Below, in pieces: positions 1 to 7,514 of a DNA stretch of 64,000 bases. Positions within the stretch are counted from its first letter, which is position 1. The number at the start of each line of letters is the position of its first letter. Source of the stretch: Candidatus Poribacteria bacterium. GTDB taxonomy: Bacteria > Poribacteria > WGA-4E > WGA-3G. Made by a program: the position numbers and the translations under genes. Location: positions 1,128 to 65,127 of the forward strand of contig JAJEEK010000057.1 in NCBI GenBank assembly GCA_022821065.1, given 5' to 3'. The notes under the pieces were generated by a model that saw only the letters and a program-made list of their open reading frames with translations, did no database searches and had not been told where the DNA came from.

Positions 1-1158
1 GCGATCCACCTGTGACAAATCAATATCCGTCCGCGTTCCATCTGTATCAAGGACATAGCCTCGATTGTTCGCCACAAACAACTTACCCGGAACTATTTTC
101 CCGTTCATGAGGTGTACCCGGGGTTTGGAAACATCAAACTGCCGATATTCGACAGCAGGCGGCTGTTGATAGATCCTTAATCGTTTTATCGTTAGATCTT
201 GACCTCGGTTAAAAACATAGATGCCAGATGCTTCAACAGTTGGGCGGACACCTTCTAATTTCAACAAAACGTTGCCATTCAGGTCAAGGACTCTCAGTAT
301 CCCAAGGTTCTCACCACCGATCTCATGATAGGCAAGTCGCAGCCGGAAATTCCGCCGGTCTGGTTCAATCGTCAACACAGACTCAAACAATGTACCTTGA
401 ACGACGACGAGTTCGTTGACCCAAGTCTCCAGTCGCACTGTTTCATATAGGTTTTTACCGAATGCGACGACAAAACTCGGTGGACGTGCAGTAGATGCCA
501 ATTCCAGATCAATCTCAAAATGTTTGGGCCAATCGAGTGCGTAGAAGATATTCGCCTTGGCTTGATTCGTTTGCGGACGCCCCCCGCGATCTGCGTGCCA
601 ACTCGGTTGCAGGTCTGCGAGAAGCTGCAACTCGTTCTTGTTCTGATTTTCTTCGGGTAGTTCCCAAGCAGAGAGTTGGGAACCGTCAAAGAGCAGGTTG
701 GAGTGCTTTCGCCCCTCAAACGTATAAATCATCTCTCGGTTCACGCGAAATTGACCGTGCCGCTCGCTGGTAAAGAGGAGCGTGTCGTCGTCTGAACCGA
801 TGAGATCGGCTATCCAGATGTCGCCTGATACTGTGCCGATACGAAACGCCTCGGTTGCCCCCCCTATGTCCCCCCGCATGCGGGGGGACATGGGGGGGTG
901 GTTCGGAAAAATGATCGCCTCCAATACACTCGCATCGACGACCAGATGATCTGAAAAATGTGGTGATGCCCAACGAATCTTCGTACCTTCCGCAGTAACG
1001 GCTGGGGATCCGGGTTCGATTTCCAATAACTGACCGGGAAGCGTATCGCCATTTTTCCAACGCAACTGCGCTTCTGTCTGTTCAGCGCGTACGACTGGCA
1101 GCCCTATTAATATTAGTACCGTGATGGCGAAAAGTATCCTTTTTAGGTTGCACCGCAT
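1..1158 (-). CDS. Secreted hypothetical protein. The 3' end runs off the window, so it is absent from the ORF track.
   Basis: Hand translation of the minus strand from the ATG at 1158-1156 stays open to nt 1 (386 codons). It begins MRCNLKRILFAITVLILIGLPVVRAEQTEAQLRW, which looks like a signal peptide. No family recognised. Confidence 0.55.
   Translation of the reverse strand, partial: MRCNLKRILFAITVLILIGLPVVRAEQTEAQLRWKNGDTLPGQLLEIEPGSPAVTAEGTKIRWASPHFSDHLVVDASVLEAIIFPNHPPMSPRMRGDIGGATEAFRIGTVSGDIWIADLIGSDDDTLLFTSERHGQFRVNREMIYTFEGRKHSNLLFDGSQLSAWELPEENQNKNELQLLADLQPSWHADRGGRPQTNQAKANIFYALDWPKHFEIDLELASTARPPSFVVAFGKNLYETVRLETWVNELVVVQGTLFESVLTIEPDRRNFRLRLAYHEIGGENLGILRVLDLNGNVLLKLEGVRPTVEASGIYVFNRGQDLTIKRLRIYQQPPAVEYRQFDVSKPRVHLMNGKIVPGKLFVANNRGYVLDTDGTRTDIDLSQVDR
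858..898. repeat. 41-bp GC-rich palindrome lying in-frame inside the CDS at 1..1158
   Basis: Sequence is CCCCCCCTATGTCCCCCCGCATGCGGGGGGACATGGGGGGG. It has perfect 13-bp arms around GCATGC plus flanking C7/G7 runs, and it encodes HPPMSPRMRGDIGG. It is related to the GC hairpin inside the long MITE copies at 15881-15918 and 21678-21718. Confidence 0.7.
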
Positions 1159-1172
1159 GGTTTTCTCCTTTT

Positions 1173-2243
1173 TTACCTTTCATAAATAGGCAGTAGGCGA
1201 TAGTTTAGTGCCAGCGTGAGGATCGCCATTCCGGTTCCGTAGGCGTTGCCGTAGCTGCTCGTGAAGCTGCCGTCTTCTTGTTGCATCGTTTGGAGTCGCT
1301 CAATGGTGCGGCGATTCCATGCCTGCCACGCCTCAAAATCGCTTTGGAAGAGTGCCTGCGCCATATAATATAGATTGTAGAAGGCGTACCCGCCGCGTAT
1401 ACTCTGATCCATCCGACGCTTGATGAATTCCGACGTGGCTTTGTATTCCGGGGTGTCCTTTCTTTTCCCGATGGCGTAAACGAGCGTTGCGATTGCTGCG
1501 CGGGTGGCACCATCGCCGTGGCTGCTCATCGGTTGGTACGCGACCCCGCCGCCGCGCATCGTGCAAGTTTGGAAAAAATTCAACGCCTTATCGACGGCTT
1601 CGTTAGGCACTTCAATCCCGGCGTTCCGTGCGCCGAGAATGCCCATCAGCACGGTTCCAGCGACGGTTGTATCGGCATCTTGGGATGTCGGCGAGTATCG
1701 CCAAGCCCCCCATGGGTTCTTCTCTTGTGCGGTCAAGGCGCATCGGACAGCGAGTTCCAAAGCCTTACCGATGGTGCGTCGTCGCTCAGCAGACACATCA
1801 GTTCCTTTCCAGAGCAGCTCTTCGCTGACAGCACCGTACGCCTCGGAGAGTGCTAACGTCGCGAAACCGTGATGGTACATTGATCCGCGTCCGTATCCGG
1901 TCATGTATCCCGTTTTTGGGTCCTGGTTCACAATCATATTGCGCAAGGCTCTACGGATGTTTATGGCATAAGGACCGAAATCAGGGTCTTCGCCGCTCGC
2001 CATAAACGCCATGAGACAGATCCCTGTGATACCTGCACCGTTATGTCCACCGGGCCAACTGCCGTCTTCGAGTTGTGTGCTTGCGAGATAGCGCAAGCCT
2101 CGGCCGCTAATGCTTCTGACGGCTGGCGGTACACCTGTGCCGTAGCGGAGCGTAGGGTCCTGCGCGTAGGTTGATGTATTGGAAAATGTGCCGACCAACA
2201 TCAGAAAGCTGGAAAACCCGATAAGAAGTGTGTGTTTATTCAT
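1173..2243 (-). CDS. Secreted prenyltransferase / squalene-oxidase-repeat (terpene-cyclase-fold) protein
   Basis: 356-aa ORF with a signal peptide. It carries QLEDGSWPG and QQEDGSFTSS repeat motifs typical of the alpha/alpha-barrel prenyltransferase/SQCY repeat family. Confidence 0.7.
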   Translation of the reverse strand: MNKHTLLIGFSSFLMLVGTFSNTSTYAQDPTLRYGTGVPPAVRSISGRGLRYLASTQLEDGSWPGGHNGAGITGICLMAFMASGEDPDFGPYAINIRRALRNMIVNQDPKTGYMTGYGRGSMYHHGFATLALSEAYGAVSEELLWKGTDVSAERRRTIGKALELAVRCALTAQEKNPWGAWRYSPTSQDADTTVAGTVLMGILGARNAGIEVPNEAVDKALNFFQTCTMRGGGVAYQPMSSHGDGATRAAIATLVYAIGKRKDTPEYKATSEFIKRRMDQSIRGGYAFYNLYYMAQALFQSDFEAWQAWNRRTIERLQTMQQEDGSFTSSYGNAYGTGMAILTLALNYRLLPIYER

Positions 2244-2291
2244 CAGAATTTGTAATCTCCCATGTATCTCTTTATCTTTCTTTCATTCCCA

Positions 2292-2387
2292 TTTCTACAG
2301 AGATGCCGTCGCTACGCGACTGAAGAGGGCTAGGTCTGTGAGGTTGCGTTTTTCTACATAGATACCGTCGCTACGCGACTGAAGAAG
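2292..2387. promoter_or_regulatory. Two 37-bp direct repeats, each containing the palindrome GTCGCTACGCGAC. Candidate operator pair upstream of the 1173..2243 gene.
   Basis: TTTCTACAGAGATGCCGTCGCTACGCGACTGAAGAGG lies at 2292-2328 and TTTCTACATAGATACCGTCGCTACGCGACTGAAGAAG at 2351-2387 (59-bp period). Both lie 50-145 nt upstream of the start at 2243. Confidence 0.4.
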
Positions 2388-2507
2388 GTCTCTGGAAGGC
2401 ACGACATTTTCGGTCTCGGTTCAATCAGTTTTCTCGCGGTCGGTGAATCGTTCTCTGTTGTCCGTCGTGCCTTCGTTGCGACTGCTCGCTATTGGCAATA
2501 CCGAGAA

Positions 2508-2626
2508 TTAGCCGTCAGCGAACCAGTACCCAGTAACCAGTAACCAGTGGCCAGTTAAAGAGTGATTCGGTTAAACCGAAGTTTTCTTTTCTGGAAACTG
2601 GAAACTGGAAACTGATCCGCCGAAAG
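2508..2626. repeat. Heptamer-armed intergenic hairpin element (family 3, copy a)
   Basis: The left arm is CAGTACC CAGTAAC CAGTAAC CAGTGGC CAGTTAA. The core is AGAG..TTCGGTTAAACCGAA..TTCTTTT. The right arm is CTGGAAA x3. It shares GCTGACGGCTAAT (minus strand) with copy b. Confidence 0.6.
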
Positions 2627-2671
2627 CCATTCTTCCAAAAGCCGACAACCATCTTTATGTGGTTAGGATGT

Positions 2672-5600
2672 CTATCTTCCTTCTAAAGTGTTAAAATAAG
2701 CGTCCAAGCCTTGACGAAATTCCTCTGGTAAGACGCGCCCCGCTTTACCTGTTGCCTGTCTGGGTACCCGGTTCTCGATAAAGGCACTGCCACTATCGTC
2801 CCCGAGTCCGAGTAGCATCAATGCGGAAGCCGTCGGTGGTGGTGCTGTCGTTACCATAGGTGTATTCGGAAGCCGACATGTTTGGAGCAGGATTTCGATC
2901 ACCTCTGTTATGGCGGCAATCGCTTCGGGACCGGTATTCGGTTCCGCGAGGATGTCCTCTACTTCAGCCATAACAGCTGCAGCCTGCGTAACTTTTGCGA
3001 ATTGTTGTTGGATTAAAGGTGCCTGAGCGTTCGGTAAGAGGCTAATCTGTGCCGCGACTTCTTGGGTATCCTCGGTAAGCGTAACCTGTGTATCATATAA
3101 CGCGAGGCTGCGTTCGCTGTATTCGTCGGCGGTCAGTGCTTCCTTCGCCTGCTCAACTTCGCGCGTCTCCTCACGGAGTTGGGTTTCGCGATCAATGATA
3201 CGCATGATTTCAAGGACAATCTCCGGCGGTAGGTTCGGTAACTCCATCAATCCAGCTTCTGGTGGTCGACCTTCAGGGCGTGGATCCACCAATTGCTCTG
3301 CCCACCGGTCCAGCGTATCCGCCCAGAATTCCGCTTCAATCGTGGACTGCCCCACAAAATTTTTGTTAATCGCTTTTGCGATCTCTTCCATCTGGTTCGA
3401 TACGAGCGCGTCCTGCATCTCCGCAAGCACCCGTAAGTAATTCGGTGAGGGTCGTCGATCCGTATAAGCCGCCATGTCTTGGACAATCGTAGAAACGGTT
3501 TCAGATTCGTTGGTCTCTCGTTCCGCTAAACGCTCCCGATCAGATCGATTATCTACACTGCGTTCAAGCCCAAAACTGTTGAGATAGTTCAGGTCTACTG
3601 CGATGTCAATCTGCCTTCGCGATGCGGACTTTAGGCGTTTCACGAAGGTGCTGTTTTCAAAACTGACAAGTAGCCGTCCCATCTCTTCCGCCAATTTCGC
3701 AAAGGCATCAAGCAATTCCTGTTGCTCTTCGACCGCCTCTAAAACGAGGTCTGCTGCGTTAGGGGTTTCCGTCGCGCCTTCGTCTTCTTCACCTGCCTCG
3801 TCTCTACCGCTCCCCATGAGTTTCGTCGTTGGGATGCCGAGACCACCGACGACCTGCGGTGCCTGCCCTTCCGCCGCCTCACCCTTATTGAACCCGGATT
3901 CAATATCAGAAACGGTAGGCGTTGGATTAGCAGGCATATATCCCGGTTTACCGTCTGGTCGTTTGCTCCGATTGATACCGACCCCTTTGCCGGGGGTGTT
4001 TGGATCTTCCGGCATCTCGTCTAAACCTTCAGGTGGCACTCTATTGTCAGGTCCGTACTTTTCTACTTGCTCCGAGTCGCTCGGTTCGCCCGCGGTAGGC
4101 GATCGGGATCCGGGTGTTGATTGATTCTCCTGCGGGTTCGTATTCTCGGTGGGTTCACTTGCGGAGGCTTCCTGTTCAGCGGGCAATCCGGGTGCTTCAG
4201 AGGCACGAGAAAGCAGTTCAGCGACAGACGGCATCCGCTGTCCAGCGATTTCCTCCAACTGTTCAAGGATTTCCGCCCACGCCTCAAGATTTTCTGCATC
4301 AAACTCCTCGTTCTTTGTCGCCTCTTTAACGAGTTCCACGCCGCTCTCAATCAAACCGTCAAGCCGTGCAGCGTTTGCGCGTTCTGCGGCAGCCTGCTCT
4401 TGGATTCTCTTACGCTGTGCCGGATCGTCGAGTGCCTCCGGTGAAAGATCGCGCAGTTCGCGGTTGGTTTGGTGCAATTGTAGTTCTTTGTCGTGGACAT
4501 CCATTGCAGCCTCTGTCCAAAGCTGCAGCTGCCCAACCAACCACTTGAAGTGTTCCGCCGGTGTCAGCACATGAAGCACAAGCGGTGCTGAATAGACGCG
4601 TTCACGGTTGGGTAGGTAATCCTCCGCATAAGCGCGCAATCGGAGGCTCTGCGGTCGGACATTTTCACGTTTCGGTGCAAATGTCGCCGCGACTGCCAAA
4701 CTGTCCGCAGTCGGTGTGCCTGCTGAGACCGTCTTCTCGCCGCTGGTGGGTTCCGGATTGTGAACTGGGTTCGGGATTCCCTCCCACGCCAAGCCGATCT
4801 TTTTCACACCAAAATCGTCCGATGCCTGAATCTCGAAGGCGAGTACCGCATCGGTAATAACGACCTGATTATTCTTCAATTTGTTTAGTGCGATCGTCGG
4901 TGCTGCATCGTTAACCGCCTCAAATCGTAGTACTTGCGGTTCACGTGCGGACAGTCCGAATGTATCTCGCCATGTCAGGCGTGCTTCGTAAGGGTTGGGT
5001 AACCCGACGCCTACGACGATCGGTTCAGTCGTCACGCGCGTCCCCTCGACGCGTTGTGGTAGATCGTTCAACGTCGCTTCTGCGAGTTCGCGTGTAATCG
5101 TGGCTTCGAGCGTCGCAGCACTCCCTTTCACCAAACTCACGATTCCACCCCGCACATCGACTGTCATCGGTTCTTGACGTTGCAAGTAGGCAGGCAATTC
5201 GACTTTGGCAATAAGGTCCGTAAGTGCGGGACGCAATTTCGGCACGACCGGTATAGAACGCCGTGCATCCCCGACCCGAAGCGCGACGCTCCCTTCCTTC
5301 GTCTGCGGCGGCAACTCAAAACGGTAGGTGTCATCGTCTAACGTCGCGACCACCGGTTCCTGATCGGCGTATTTCGCCTCTGCTGACGCAGGTTTCCACG
5401 GCGACCCTTCTTTTAGGCGCGCCTGAACATCAAAGGGTTCCGCATACGCCACAACGCGGGGGTCCGCCTCACCTTCCAATTGTGCGAAGGTATACCGTTC
5501 TACGTCGCGCCACGGTGTTAGCCATCGTGCGAGCGCATTTCGACTCGTTGCCGGAATCACAACGCCCCCAATGATAACCAATATCAGCGGCAAAATCACA

Positions 5601-6151
5601 GCATAAATCCATTGACGGTGTCTCGGATTCGGGACAGCCGCTGCGAGGTTATGTTTTGCGACCTCTGCATCGACCTGCCGCATCGCCGCCTCAATCAAAG
5701 CGGGACTCGCCGATCTATCGGAACGATTAGATGCCAGCTCCACGATACCGAGTACGTGGTCCCCAAAACGTGGGAACTTATGCTGTAACAACCGAGCGAT
5801 GCCCTCCAATTGCTGGTGTTTCCATACCCAATTGTAGTACTTCAGCGGGAAAAAGAGGACCATGCCGACCGCTCCAGTTATCAGGATGAGTACCCGCAAA
5901 AGCGGAGGCGTATCAAAGATACGGTCTAACCCGAACACGACGAGATAGGAGATCATAAGCCCGAAGATCGCCGCCAGCGCGCCTTCAGCAAGTTTGATGA
6001 TCCATACCGTTTTCTGATAGTTTTCAAGTGCCGCCTTCATACGCGGCGGTAGCAAGGGTTGGGTGCCCCGACCGCTACTGTCCTTTTGTGTGCGTGGTTT
6101 TGTCTGTGTTCGGTTCATGAAAAATCTCCTTCTATACCCAACCGTCATCAA
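2672..6151 (-). CDS. Large (1159 aa) membrane-anchored protein with an acidic/proline-rich low-complexity centre. DUF4175-like member of the MoxR/Bat cluster.
   Basis: Long ORF with N-terminal TM helices. Its start overlaps the upstream gene by 20 nt. The family assignment is from memory of MoxR-DUF58-BatA neighbourhoods and has not been verified. Confidence 0.6.
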   Translation of the reverse strand: MMTVGYRRRFFMNRTQTKPRTQKDSSGRGTQPLLPPRMKAALENYQKTVWIIKLAEGALAAIFGLMISYLVVFGLDRIFDTPPLLRVLILITGAVGMVLFFPLKYYNWVWKHQQLEGIARLLQHKFPRFGDHVLGIVELASNRSDRSASPALIEAAMRQVDAEVAKHNLAAAVPNPRHRQWIYAVILPLILVIIGGVVIPATSRNALARWLTPWRDVERYTFAQLEGEADPRVVAYAEPFDVQARLKEGSPWKPASAEAKYADQEPVVATLDDDTYRFELPPQTKEGSVALRVGDARRSIPVVPKLRPALTDLIAKVELPAYLQRQEPMTVDVRGGIVSLVKGSAATLEATITRELAEATLNDLPQRVEGTRVTTEPIVVGVGLPNPYEARLTWRDTFGLSAREPQVLRFEAVNDAAPTIALNKLKNNQVVITDAVLAFEIQASDDFGVKKIGLAWEGIPNPVHNPEPTSGEKTVSAGTPTADSLAVAATFAPKRENVRPQSLRLRAYAEDYLPNRERVYSAPLVLHVLTPAEHFKWLVGQLQLWTEAAMDVHDKELQLHQTNRELRDLSPEALDDPAQRKRIQEQAAAERANAARLDGLIESGVELVKEATKNEEFDAENLEAWAEILEQLEEIAGQRMPSVAELLSRASEAPGLPAEQEASASEPTENTNPQENQSTPGSRSPTAGEPSDSEQVEKYGPDNRVPPEGLDEMPEDPNTPGKGVGINRSKRPDGKPGYMPANPTPTVSDIESGFNKGEAAEGQAPQVVGGLGIPTTKLMGSGRDEAGEEDEGATETPNAADLVLEAVEEQQELLDAFAKLAEEMGRLLVSFENSTFVKRLKSASRRQIDIAVDLNYLNSFGLERSVDNRSDRERLAERETNESETVSTIVQDMAAYTDRRPSPNYLRVLAEMQDALVSNQMEEIAKAINKNFVGQSTIEAEFWADTLDRWAEQLVDPRPEGRPPEAGLMELPNLPPEIVLEIMRIIDRETQLREETREVEQAKEALTADEYSERSLALYDTQVTLTEDTQEVAAQISLLPNAQAPLIQQQFAKVTQAAAVMAEVEDILAEPNTGPEAIAAITEVIEILLQTCRLPNTPMVTTAPPPTASALMLLGLGDDSGSAFIENRVPRQATGKAGRVLPEEFRQGLDAYFNTLEGR

Positions 6152-7133
6152 CCATCAAAGTCAATGGCGATTCCATCTCTTCCATGGGTAGGTGAATCCG
6201 CTGCCGTTTTCGGGACGATTCATAGATCGCCATAAGGAGTTCCAAGGAGGCGTAGCCTTGATAACCGCTTGATCGGTGTTCCCGGTCCTCCTCAATCGCT
6301 GCGATCAGGTCTCGGACAGGGTTGCTCTCCGCTGGCAATTCCGGTGTCCCCCACGCGCCGCCGGATTGCTCGTTGCGGATCCGGAGCGAGGGGCCACCTG
6401 GGGCAGCGAGTTCAATTTCGCCGTCTGTCCCGTAGCAGTAGATATGGTGATAGCCGGGTGCAGTATCGCTACCGGATTCAATGATGCCCCGGACATTACT
6501 CTCAAATTTGAAGTAACCGAGCGCGAAATTCTCGGAGTGCAGATCGTATTTCATCGGCGCATCAATCCGTTCAATCTGACCTATCACCCAAGTAACAGGA
6601 CGGTCGCCGTAGATATAGCGCATCAGGTCAATGGTATGTGTCGCGTTGTCCTTCAGGTCGCCGCCGCCACAGACCCCGTGGATTCGGAAGAGTTCACCGA
6701 TCTGACCGTCAGCAATCATCTGTTTCGCGGCGACATAGGGTGCAGAAAACCGTACCTGATGGTCAATCGCTAACTTCACATTGTGTTCTTCGCACGTCTG
6801 AAGCATCTCGCGTGCCTGTCCGAGGTTTTCCGCCATCGGTTTCTCAGAAAGGACACCTTTCACACCGAGTTTCGCGACTTCAATCACGAGGGGTGCGTGC
6901 ATCTTCGGGCGCGTGCATACCGAAACAATATCAATATCCTCTGTTTCGAGCATCTCAATGTAATCGGTATACTGTTTTTCGATCCCGTACTGTTCGCCGT
7001 AGGCTTGGACACGTTCTTGGTCAATATCGGCAATGGCTGTCAGGGTTGCTTTCGGTTCTCTCACATACCATCCGGTGTGCATGTGAGAAATCCCGCCGCA
7101 ACCGACGACTGCTACTTTATAGTTATCGCTCAT
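6132..7133 (-). CDS. Gfo/Idh/MocA family NAD(P)-dependent oxidoreductase
   Basis: The N-terminal Rossmann motif is KVAVVGCGGISHMH. Length and C-terminal domain are typical of the family. Confidence 0.85.
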   Translation of the reverse strand: MSDNYKVAVVGCGGISHMHTGWYVREPKATLTAIADIDQERVQAYGEQYGIEKQYTDYIEMLETEDIDIVSVCTRPKMHAPLVIEVAKLGVKGVLSEKPMAENLGQAREMLQTCEEHNVKLAIDHQVRFSAPYVAAKQMIADGQIGELFRIHGVCGGGDLKDNATHTIDLMRYIYGDRPVTWVIGQIERIDAPMKYDLHSENFALGYFKFESNVRGIIESGSDTAPGYHHIYCYGTDGEIELAAPGGPSLRIRNEQSGGAWGTPELPAESNPVRDLIAAIEEDREHRSSGYQGYASLELLMAIYESSRKRQRIHLPMEEMESPLTLMVDDGWV

Positions 7134-7170
7134 GATACCTCCCCTGTGCTTTCTCGGCTTCTAATATGGA

Positions 7171-7292
7171 CAGGACTTACGCAATTTTGATGATATGACG
7201 CTCCATTAGCGAGTAAACTAAAAAAAATAGAGACGTTCTCAGTACACAGGCTAACAGCCTATGCTACAAAAGAGCAACCTGCGTAAGTCCTA
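7171..7292 (+). mobile_element. MITE family 1 copy (divergent centre)
   Basis: Terminal inverted repeats are AGGACTTACGCA and TGCGTAAGTCCT. The 5-bp direct duplication ATGGA lies at 7166-7170 and 7293-7297. Confidence 0.8.
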
Positions 7293-7372
7293 ATGGATTA
7301 TCGGTTTCGCTCTTATATTTCTCGCTCCAAAAGATATGATACCATGTTTGACGACAGTTGTCTATTTACATT

Positions 7373-7494
7373 CAGGATTTACGCAATTTTGACTGTAAGT
7401 GGTTCTGTTAGATGAAATTTGTCTGAAAACACACCGTTCTGGTAGCACAAACTATGAAGTTTGTGGTACAAAAGAGCGTCATGCGTAAGTCCTG
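7373..7494 (+). mobile_element. MITE family 1 copy (short subfamily)
   Basis: Terminal inverted repeats are AGGATTTACGCA and TGCGTAAGTCCT. The TSD ACATT lies at 7368-7372 and 7495-7499. There is an internal CACAAAC/GTTTGTG hairpin. Confidence 0.85.
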
Positions 7495-7514
7495 ACATTT
7501 ACGTTTATGTTGAT

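Noticed and set aside
2292-2387. The two 37-bp direct repeats could be a minimal CRISPR array.
   Set aside because: There are only two repeats, the spacer is just 22 bp, no cas genes or leader are in the window, and the repeats sit in a promoter-proximal position. I treat them as a candidate operator pair instead.
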